This document shows, one piece after another, positions 17,501 through 23,366 of a DNA stretch of 43,847 bases (position 1 is the first letter of the stretch; every line of letters starts with the position of its first letter). The notes beneath the pieces were generated by a model. It made no database searches. It had not been told where the DNA came from and was given only the letters and a program-made list of their open reading frames with translations. Origin of the DNA: Streptosporangiales bacterium (lineage in GTDB: Bacteria > Actinomycetota > Actinomycetes > Streptosporangiales > Streptosporangiaceae); NCBI GenBank assembly GCA_017882645.1, contig JADGPC010000021.1, forward strand, positions 1 through 43,847, written 5' to 3'. The position numbers were made by a program, and so were the translations under genes.

Positions 17501-18513
17501 AACCGGGCGCTGACGGTGACCGGTCCAGAGCCCTGGTCGACGACCGCGAGCTCGAAGTCGCCGGTGACGCCGGCCGACGGGCCGAAGCCGATCAGCAGGT
17601 TGGTCGCGCTGGCGTCGATAGCCAGGCCGCTCGCTCCGCTCGGCGCGACGTACAGGCGCAGTTCGGGGAAGTAGACGCCCATCCAGCTGTCGTCGAAGCC
17701 GAACTGCGCCAGGACGTCGGGTGGGGTGGAGCCTTCGGAAAGGTCGAGGGTCGCGGTGCGGAACCCGATGCCGACGGTGTCGGACGAGCCGATGAAGGCG
17801 TACGGCGGGTCCATCGTGATCAGGTCGGCGACGCCGATGTCGTCGCGGTCGTCCAGGCCGCTCGCGCCCAGCGACAGGAGGTCGGCGCTAAGCGGGTCAG
17901 AGACCTGGGATCCCTGGGTCAGGCGCACCTTGATCTTCGGAAGGGTGATCTTTACCTGGGCGTGCTGCGGGTCCTCGGTGAGGATGCCGCTCGGGTCGAG
18001 CCTGGCTCCGCGCAGGAATGGAGGTCGCAGCACGATCGTGGTCAGCAGCAGGTCCAGCGTGAAGTCTGTGGACGGGTAGTCCGAGGGCGGCGGATCGGCC
18101 GTGTTCGCGTCGTACGCGGCCAGCACCGCCGCCGCGGTGGCGAAGCTGCCGCTGCCGCCGATCGCGGCGACGGCCGATGCCACCTTCTGTGATACCTCGC
18201 GCGGCGCGCTCAGCTCAAAGTCGAGCTCGGCATCCCGCACGTCGATCCACGGGTCGCGCCGTCCGGCGTCGCTGGCCGGGTGCCCTTCGGTGTTCTCGGC
18301 ATTCACGCCGAAGGTCATCGTCGTGGGGTCGACGTACGGGCTCACGTCCCCGCTGAATCGCGCGACGCCCCGGATCACGATGCCGAGATCATCGGCGGTG
18401 ACCGTGTACTCGCTGACGTAAATGACAGAAAGCGCCGCGTGCCACTGCCCGAAAGAGTCACCCTGAAGAACATATGGGGTGATCAGGTCTAGAAGCGCGA
18501 GATCATACGGCAT
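11572..18513 (-). CDS. Giant protein A (2313 aa), unknown function; embedded OmpA/MotB-like motif, Pro-rich linkers, hydrophobic segment, long beta-rich core
   Basis: Uninterrupted 2313-codon ORF. ATG 18513 lies 10 nt after GAAGGA. No signal peptide (MPYDLALLDLITPY). ATALAPLLKDLAADTAITIKGYASYEAGDD...YNNQLAANRATGLQAII (16594-16791) fits the OmpA C-terminal-like pattern. Pro-rich linkers sit at about aa 430-447 and 677-715. A hydrophobic stretch GLDFLGLGIAFWPLI...AVTAAGFAVVAGMAALPWF sits at 15886-16038. Confidence 0.85.
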   Translation of the reverse strand: MPYDLALLDLITPYVLQGDSFGQWHAALSVIYVSEYTVTADDLGIVIRGVARFSGDVSPYVDPTTMTFGVNAENTEGHPASDAGRRDPWIDVRDAELDFELSAPREVSQKVASAVAAIGGSGSFATAAAVLAAYDANTADPPPSDYPSTDFTLDLLLTTIVLRPPFLRGARLDPSGILTEDPQHAQVKITLPKIKVRLTQGSQVSDPLSADLLSLGASGLDDRDDIGVADLITMDPPYAFIGSSDTVGIGFRTATLDLSEGSTPPDVLAQFGFDDSWMGVYFPELRLYVAPSGASGLAIDASATNLLIGFGPSAGVTGDFELAVVDQGSGPVTVSARFYDAAGRCFAITRTGDDTATVALPAKTRMVVDIDGGLTPYTASAQIGGSADAPGRLFDVDFGTGTSMTIKVSATGSQPGAIKTELTITANLKPASAPPPPGTTPTPDNPGVQLQTTSVTQNGLPVEQPQLTLISQTSSQATIGVNADPSAAAGAQWTVNGSAAGTGPTTTVDCAPGDTVSVTATVPGAAAGIGTFTAYYRFDHPKPNVDDAAAYSTIPGNTRTEPAADQGLTAPWPGGSDVATALAPLLKDLAADTAITIKGYASYEAGDDTGPASSAWTYNNQLAANRATGLQAIIGKYQGTTFTNVTAAPDMTSWPSQGPGTDVRRTFWKAEATWSPQPAPGTTTTGTVTRPAAEPAQPVPVPDNPATATPPPSPSWFKKVDAKVRIVRDHFVACEISGKFDIQTPSENQLARGGVPNAQIPQWGDVGSQNPADGIIDIRLVVQIDDATDVITVSGYFGADPADKDGLKMIGWLPPAPDPLPDPGYGLDFLGLGIAFWPLIADSAGAAAADGAEVELAVTAAGFAVVAGMAALPWFRVERVIWYGGEFDLQARPDGDQVLILVDLETAISADISIAGLDIITIPRQTPLVVRYKAIGFIIGNPPGQPKFQFRPYFDSAKGYTIDASKPGAIQVHDPFDKILKILGARLSRNNPFYAEIDLGVAIDLGVVSIDRARVRLNLSPGGPPELTAFGASVDIPGALSGKGYAEVGADAQGDSVIKGALDLTITPVNIRIAATLAIAQISAANGGPATGVRASLEVDFPVAIPLADSGLGIYGLIGLFAMNFERDMSIIPAGSIEAPELAWLKAAHGDVANPQYWTPKVGSWAFGVGALLGTEGTDILFNLKGMVLLELPGPRLLLVMKANLLAALPDLQGDAEGTFLAVIDLDFGRGTLTIGLSVDFEIDPLIEIKIPVEAFFDFNDTSDWHLYLGEYSSQVQASVFQVFDAAGYLMLSGSGIPAHDNLPAVTGFSIATGLHVSYKWGIGPLYAQLAAGFDAVLGFSPFRLAGIMSVRGTLHLFIVDISVWAELDVNVGDDGQGGHVAQISGQVCGEVDFLFFSISACVSLSLGSDSVPVPDPPPLVASVKLISRSPALVVGTGVDKPIDSGLASAVEADSGGSPPNLPVVPIDILPALMLAMPPLQDPALTFSGQAIGGTPDASADGWVQRGDVWYRYTLTAVSLTGPVTAGATPATWWNTKAGDLALEAQLALLSWVPDPTPKAVGSSVYLDETTIEKWGTVCDPAAPPAPVFWTFFYQLAGPSDAGWEPFGQPFPDPPGTIRSAPPDLALTVTERWRCGDKFADRMRGIVPAEVEVSTVPCPDGRTPAQRAVTASRAARTQPPLAGNPIRAIRGGLLPGSPHPGAPATDGCYGWALASPIFDDGRPIDIGDQTREPLVLDAWSQRQFKPGPLDDAVVLTFGPFEYARFYLWVPTRFLYGATVVVCASDASDTIYDSHVVTGADAVPPLALPASWLEPASPWHFDVIGLEDLAAMAAKNDYTPVFVEIKGAPGADRVQIGCPPPSRQIRREISLRPFYIGGIEALKSSELTRSDYDTTEQVRKQQVLSDALGLNSSDNALLVPGQQYQVSVTWDASRERRAQGKPPSDQQTVTGQLQTFWFATDAQPPARLDPWVLVALPGEAEPHFFGSETVRVVFATSNVGDLYAAYGKKLQARLRPASYVPVSGPPGVPHPYPLTPANLQFLPATILSPWENSAQALASASLPCVNVSGERIRHSSVTIPIPLDLFTDYLLDIEMLDVAAPEGSPGVRVWRGSFSTGGFATAADFAASFRTSKVAHRGVHADDAGKLQAIGPAFAWRDPQGAEFDTALSGAGLPAVAVPKTPGVTVFWDPETPAPQPAALLIDASEPMWRDRPIPTAVTGPPPMSAQRYELMPQPWLELAAQAGGDDVVDYVVRAPGGQRALITLKPGSRGKRVTLALRRVVHTEPYLDGPGATDDFYPVLDMTLSAAPWEEVD

Positions 18514-18523
18514 TCCGGCGTAT

Positions 18524-18575
18524 TCCTTCGAGACCGCTCGTCCGACATATAAAGATCGCGGCTGGTCTCGAAGGA
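18524..18575 (-). promoter_or_regulatory. Perfect 12-bp inverted repeat enclosing an AT-rich 28-nt spacer; it overlaps the RBS of giant ORF A
   Basis: 18524-18535 tccttcgagacc and 18564-18575 ggtctcgaagga are exact reverse complements. On the reverse-strand mRNA the 3' arm GGUCUCGAAGGA contains the only Shine-Dalgarno-like element (GAAGGA), 10 nt before AUG 18513. The spacer holds the most AT-rich stretch of the intergenic region (catataaagat). Confidence 0.55.
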
Positions 18576-18903
18576 CGGTACTCGACCCGGTCGGTCCCCC
18601 CGCAGGTCAGGCGGCTCGGCTTAGCGCCTCGCCACCCGCCTGCAGTCAGTTTCCGCCGCCCTTAAAGCAGGGGCAAGCCGATTCTTGAATATCGCTCGAT
18701 GTCCACGCGGACCGTTGCCGCGTTTATTACGCGGCGGCCCAATTGCCCGCCGGTCAGTACCCGTAACCGCTGGGGCTTGACGACTTCGACGTCGGGCTGG
18801 ACGCGGGCGCGGTACCGGCGACCGTGACCTCATGCCAGACGCCGCCTGAGATGTTCAGGCCGTTGCCGGAGGCCTGCCCGGGCGACTTGTCGCCCTTATA
18901 GGT

Positions 18904-19656
18904 GTGCTGGTGGCCGTGCAGCGCGAGCGGGTCGCGGCCGCCGCGCACTTGCTGCGCTACTACGCCGATGAGCGGGCCGGCGTCGCCGCCCGCGGCGCCG
19001 GGTCGATCGAGTGGTTCCTGTTCTGGCCGCAGGCTCCGGCAGGCAACCCTTGCTGGCCGGACGCGACCGAGGCCGCAGGCCTGCTGATGGCTGCATGCAT
19101 CGGCCAGCTCGACCGGTGGGGCGTGACCCGTCAGGACGCCGGCGGCGAGCTTCCCGTGCCAGGCGTCTACGGGATACCCGAGCAGTGGCCGCACGTGCGC
19201 GCGCTCTACGAGCGCTCCGGATTCGCCCATACCGGGCACACCGAGGTTGTCTACCTGGCCAGAGTCGATGACCTGCCCCGGCCGGCCAGCCCACCCGTCG
19301 CCGGCCTGACCGCGAGCCGGTCGGTAGGAGTCAACGGGACGCGGTTCTCCGCCCTGCTTGGTGCGGAACCGATCGGGTACGCCGAAGTCGAGGCGGCCGA
19401 CGCGGGCGAGCGAGCACCTCGGCACGGCCGCTGGGCCGACATCGGCAATCTCTGCGTCCTCGCCGGGTACCGCCGGCGAGGCGTCGGAACGTGGCTGCTC
19501 GGCCAGGCCGCCGACTGGCTGAGGCTGGGCCACGTCGACCGGCTGCTCGACTACGGCCAGGACGACGCTCCGGATCGGGAATTCAGGCTCGCTGTCGGGT
19601 TCAGGGAACTGACCAGAACCAGACGCCGCTGGACCAGGGAAGCTCGCGGTGGCTGA
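18904..19656 (+). CDS. GNAT family N-acetyltransferase
   Basis: 250-aa ORF (GTG start as listed; the true start is uncertain). The acetyl-CoA binding core IGNLCVLAGYRRRGVGTWLLGQAADWL (motif A, R-x-x-G-x-G) is followed by the typical beta strands. The long antisense ORF 18754..19737 is Arg/Ala/Pro-rich and was judged an artefact. Confidence 0.7.
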   Translation: MLVAVQRERVAAAAHLLRYYADERAGVAARGAGSIEWFLFWPQAPAGNPCWPDATEAAGLLMAACIGQLDRWGVTRQDAGGELPVPGVYGIPEQWPHVRALYERSGFAHTGHTEVVYLARVDDLPRPASPPVAGLTASRSVGVNGTRFSALLGAEPIGYAEVEAADAGERAPRHGRWADIGNLCVLAGYRRRGVGTWLLGQAADWLRLGHVDRLLDYGQDDAPDREFRLAVGFRELTRTRRRWTREARGG

Positions 19657-19664
19657 CGCGCAGG

Positions 19665-19772
19665 CCGATGCTGCACGGCGCGCGTGGACAGTCCGACCTG
19701 CACCATCACAACGTGCTCGCCGCGATGCGAGAGCCATGGCTCGTCATCGATCCCAAGCCCTATCTGGACCAG
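19665..19772 (+). pseudogene. Relic of an aminoglycoside/antibiotic phosphotransferase (APH-type kinase) gene
   Basis: The frame of track ORF 19491..19910 reads MLHGARGQSDLHHHNVLAAMREPWLVIDPKPYLD. This matches the catalytic-loop pattern HGDLHxxNVL...PWLxIDPK of APH/streptomycin-kinase-like enzymes. No homologous sequence is seen upstream (inside the GNAT gene) or downstream (the convergent hydrolase gene). Confidence 0.4.
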
Positions 19773-19779
19773 GCGCGGG

Positions 19780-21441
19780 TCAGCCGTGCGGGCCGCCGAG
19801 CGAGAGCTGCTCGAGGGACAGGTAGGTGCGCGCCGCCCAGGAGACCGGGTCGGCGGCGAAGTCGCGCTGGAGCGCGCGGTTGTTCAGCGCGTTGTCCAGC
19901 GCGGCCATGATCATCGACTGGTCGAGCACGAGGTAGCGGTGGCCGACCGCGCCGGTGGTCGGGTCGACCGCGTCGAAGAACCCGTCGGGTCCGTACACGC
20001 CAGGGAACAGCCGGCGCAGCGCGGAGATGTTGGCGTAAGCCTGCTGCGGCGCCACGTCCAGGGCGAGGAACGACGCGTGCGGCGTGACGACGTCCTCGGT
20101 CGCGCAGCCGTGGCACTGCGACAGGCCCTGGTTCGGGTGAGCGGCGGTGGCTCCCGCACCGTAGTAGGGGAACGCCAGGCCCTCGACGCCGTAGCCGCCG
20201 TAGTTCCCGGTGTCATCGGGCGTGGACGACGGCGACATTCCCCAGACCGGGTAACCGAGCTGCTGGGTCGCGTACTTGATCTGCACCTGCGCCGTCCTGG
20301 CGTCGGCCAGTCCGAAGCTCTGAGCGCCCCAGCTGGTCTCGGGTACCACCTCGTTCGGCATCAGGCCCTCGAACATGCCGCCTGAGTAGGTCGGGATAAA
20401 GGTGAGGTTCGTACCCGGGTAGGTGTAGTGGCCTTCCCACACCGTGAACTTCTCGCCCGACTGGGGGTCGGTCCAGGTCTGCCAGTAGCCGCCCATCGGC
20501 CACTGCCCCTGCCAGGAGAAGTCCGGGTCAGAGGTCAGGCAGTCGGAGAACGGCGCGGGCGGCGGCAGGACCCGCCAGCTGCGCCACCACACGTTGCCGG
20601 GCATCTGGTGCAGGCCCATCCCGATGTAGGCGGAGATCCGCGGGTCGCTGTAGAACGCGCCGTTGTGGTAATAGTGCGCGGCGTTGTCGCCCTGGTCCGG
20701 CGGCAGGCCCACGTAGTAGCCGCCGTACATCTGACCAGTTGGCTGGTTCCCCGCGACGGCCGGGTTCACGTTGCAGTGCGTCTCGGGCCGGTTGTCGTAG
20801 AAGATCGAGAAGTCCATCGGCGCGATCAGGCTGCTCGCCAGCGACCGGAGCTGCGGCAGCGCCTGGCGGACCACGATCAGGCCGGAGGCGTACCAGCCGT
20901 TGTCCACGTTGGAGACGAAGTAGCAGTTGTCGAAGGTGGGGGTCGTCTCGGTCGAGCAGTTGACGTCCCCTGGATTCCTGATCACGTCACCGGTGGTGGT
21001 GTCGTACCACTGGTGCAGGAACCCGTCGAACCGCTTGAGCTGCGCCACCTCGGTGAGCGTGGCCCTGACCCTGGCCACCGCCTGCGGCGTGCTGATCAGG
21101 CCGAGGTCCCTGGCCGCCACCACGGCCCACAGGTACACGCCGATGTTGGCGGCGGAGGTGTACCGGCCGTAGCTGGTGGGCGCCGGCGAGCCGCCAGCGA
21201 ACGTGAGATTGTCCATCGGCAGGTTCGTCGCCGGGTCGACGTCGGCGCCGTAGAACTTCCAGGTGTCACTGGCAATCGATAGCAGGCCGGCCCGCTGGGG
21301 CGCCGATAGCCCGGTGTAGGCGGCCACCCCGTGCCCGGGTGCCTCAGCCGCTGCCCCGGCCCGGGCCTCAGCCACCGGCAGCACCGCGACAAGGCCAGCG
21401 GCGACCGCGGCGATGACGACGAGCAGGGTGTTCCACCTCAT
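19780..21441 (-). CDS. Secreted (alpha/alpha)6-type glycoside hydrolase, GH144/DUF3131-like ('glucoamylase family', beta-1,2-glucanase-like)
   Basis: Track ORF 19780..21627. Start placed at ATG 21441 (MRWNTLLVVIAAVAAGLVAVLPVAEARA, a signal-peptide-like N-terminus), preceded by GGAGAA. This ATG overlaps the upstream stop as ATGA. TSAANIGVYLWAVVAARDLGLIS, FLHQWYDTTTG, VSNVDNGWYASGL and DQSMIMAALDN resemble this family. The family assignment is from memory. Confidence 0.6.
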   Translation of the reverse strand: MRWNTLLVVIAAVAAGLVAVLPVAEARAGAAAEAPGHGVAAYTGLSAPQRAGLLSIASDTWKFYGADVDPATNLPMDNLTFAGGSPAPTSYGRYTSAANIGVYLWAVVAARDLGLISTPQAVARVRATLTEVAQLKRFDGFLHQWYDTTTGDVIRNPGDVNCSTETTPTFDNCYFVSNVDNGWYASGLIVVRQALPQLRSLASSLIAPMDFSIFYDNRPETHCNVNPAVAGNQPTGQMYGGYYVGLPPDQGDNAAHYYHNGAFYSDPRISAYIGMGLHQMPGNVWWRSWRVLPPPAPFSDCLTSDPDFSWQGQWPMGGYWQTWTDPQSGEKFTVWEGHYTYPGTNLTFIPTYSGGMFEGLMPNEVVPETSWGAQSFGLADARTAQVQIKYATQQLGYPVWGMSPSSTPDDTGNYGGYGVEGLAFPYYGAGATAAHPNQGLSQCHGCATEDVVTPHASFLALDVAPQQAYANISALRRLFPGVYGPDGFFDAVDPTTGAVGHRYLVLDQSMIMAALDNALNNRALQRDFAADPVSWAARTYLSLEQLSLGGPHG

Positions 21442-23366
21442 CGTGATTCTCCTCGTCCTCCAGCGGACAGCCGGATCCGGGCAATGCCCGGCATGGGCAG
21501 GTGGAAGCTGAAGCTGGCCGCGCCACGTTCGGGTGTGACGTCGGGCAGCCGCTCCTCGTGCAGTTCGTCGGCGGCGCGCAGCCGGGCCCACAGCGCATCG
21601 TCCGGCCACCTCACGTCGGCCGGGCACTGGGCGACGATGTTCGAGTGCCGCTCGTCGACGCGGGCCAGCCGGGCCTGGTACAGCTGGCCGTCCAGGCCGC
21701 TGACCTGCAGGCTGACGTTGCGGTCCAGCCGCGGATCGCCCGCCATCAGAGCCACGTTGATGGTGCCGTTCCAGACCAGGACGTCGATCGTGCCGTCCTC
21801 GTGCCTGGTGGCCCAGGCCTGCACTAGCGTGTCCGCGCCGTCGCCGCGCGAGCGCACGGCGAGCGCCTGATCGCCCATGTTCTCGGCCAGGTGGACTGCC
21901 CAGTACCTGGGCTTGCGCAGATTCCCGACGCTCAGCAGGCCGAACCCGTTGTGGAACAGCCGCTGAGGCCGCCCGAGTTCCTCGAAATGGTCGCTGATCA
22001 CCCAGTACGCCACCGCGTCGACCCGGCCCTGGGCGCTGTGCAGTCCGCTCAGCACGAACGGCGCGCCCATCGGGCTGTCATGGACGGGCCCGAAATGGGT
22101 GGAGCCGATCCCCCATTCGGTCCACCAGATCGGCAGCGTACCGAGGTCATGCCGCCGCAGCGCCGGCCGGAGGTCGAGCGGGAGGTTGCCGTAGGTGTGC
22201 GTGCTCACGAAGTCGAGCGGGATGCCGTTCTCGGCCGCGTGCGCCGCCAGCGGCTCGATCCACTCACCCGCGGCCGTGGACGGCCCGCCTACGCGAAGCC
22301 GCGGGTCGACCGCCTTGATCGCGAGCGCCGCCTCGTCGTACAGGCGCAGGTACTCCTCGCGGGTGCCAGGCCAGAACACCTCGAGGTTTGGCTCGTTCCA
22401 CACCTCGAAGGACCACTGCGCCACCTCGTCGATGCCGTACCGCCCGACCAGGTGGGCGGCAAGCTCGCCGACCAGCAGCCGCCACTGGGACCAGTCCCTG
22501 GGCGGCGAGATGATGCCGCGGTAGGTGAAGACCGTCAGGCCAGGATCCCTGGCCAGCGCGGCCGGCATGAAGGACAGCTCGACGACCGGCCGCAGGCCCA
22601 TCTCGCGCAGCTGATCGTAGATGGCATCGACCCGGGCGAAATCGAAGATCAGGACTCCGCCCGGGCCGGCCGCGACGACGCCGTTGTCGTCGTGCAGGAT
22701 CGCGTGCGCTCGCACGACCTGCGCTCCGAGGTCCTTGTGCGCTAGCCGCAGCGCCTCGGTGAACTCAGCCGCGATCTGGCCGGCGGCCGCGTCGCCGCCG
22801 CGCCCGCTGCCGAGCCGCAGCTGCGACAGGCGTTCCGAGCCCACCATCCGCCACACCCGGTCGAGCTTCCCGCGATCCGATGATGCATCCACGTCAACGG
22901 TGACCGGTCCGGCCGGGCCGGGTGCCGTTCGCGTGCTGACCGGCTCGGACCAGGACCACACCCGGTACTCGGCTCCGGTCACGGCGCCGACCCGGTAGCT
23001 GTATTCCGGCCCGTCCGCGAGTCCCGTGTCGGCGAACGGCGGGCCGGCCACGGCCGGCACGTCGCTGCCGCCGTGCCGGACGATCTCGGGCGCGCACCCG
23101 GCCTCGGTCCGCTCGATCACGTAGCCGGCCGCGCCCGGCACCCGTTCCCAGCTCAGCAGGGCATGGCCGGTGCGCGGCTCGGCCCGCAGCCCGGCCGGAG
23201 CAGGCAGCGCGAGCGGCCCGTCGGCGCCAGCGGGATCGGCCAGCCGCCGGTAGATCCGGCGCTCCCAGTCAGCGCGCGCGGCCTCGTCGGGCCTGCTGGT
23301 CCCGCGCGCGCCCTGGCCCCGGCCAGTGCCCTCCGCGTTCCTGAGATCTGCTGCCCGGCCGCTCAT
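21438..23366 (-). CDS. GH39-like glycoside hydrolase (beta-xylosidase-like) with an N-terminal FN3-like domain; apparently cytoplasmic
   Basis: Track ORF 21438..23510. Start placed at ATG 23366, preceded by GGAG and overlapping the lacI stop (ATGA). WSFEVWNEPNLEVFWPG (acid/base Glu region), DFVSTHTYGN and LPIWWTEWG (nucleophile region) are the TIM-barrel clan-A / GH39 pattern. HALLSWERVPGAAGYVIERT is FN3-like. Confidence 0.7.
   Translation of the reverse strand: MSGRAADLRNAEGTGRGQGARGTSRPDEAARADWERRIYRRLADPAGADGPLALPAPAGLRAEPRTGHALLSWERVPGAAGYVIERTEAGCAPEIVRHGGSDVPAVAGPPFADTGLADGPEYSYRVGAVTGAEYRVWSWSEPVSTRTAPGPAGPVTVDVDASSDRGKLDRVWRMVGSERLSQLRLGSGRGGDAAAGQIAAEFTEALRLAHKDLGAQVVRAHAILHDDNGVVAAGPGGVLIFDFARVDAIYDQLREMGLRPVVELSFMPAALARDPGLTVFTYRGIISPPRDWSQWRLLVGELAAHLVGRYGIDEVAQWSFEVWNEPNLEVFWPGTREEYLRLYDEAALAIKAVDPRLRVGGPSTAAGEWIEPLAAHAAENGIPLDFVSTHTYGNLPLDLRPALRRHDLGTLPIWWTEWGIGSTHFGPVHDSPMGAPFVLSGLHSAQGRVDAVAYWVISDHFEELGRPQRLFHNGFGLLSVGNLRKPRYWAVHLAENMGDQALAVRSRGDGADTLVQAWATRHEDGTIDVLVWNGTINVALMAGDPRLDRNVSLQVSGLDGQLYQARLARVDERHSNIVAQCPADVRWPDDALWARLRAADELHEERLPDVTPERGAASFSFHLPMPGIARIRLSAGGRGESR

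Noticed and set aside
4624-18513. Assigning the giant three-gene unit to a known class (eCIS/T6SS, Tc or RHS toxins, MSCRAMM-type adhesins, NRPS/PKS)
   Set aside because: There are no sheath, tube or baseplate-sized genes and no AAA ATPase nearby. I could recognise no YD repeats, no TcB/TcC-like shell motifs, no signal peptide or sortase motif, and no adenylation, KS, ACP or condensation motifs. The unit is left as unknown rather than forced into a class.
18754-19737. 327-aa reverse ORF covering the GNAT gene
   Set aside because: Most of it is Arg/Ala/Pro/Gly-rich antisense noise opposite a clear GNAT acetyl-CoA motif. Only its last roughly 50 codons (18754-18900, outside the GNAT gene) look protein-like, and those are reported separately as a low-interest finding.
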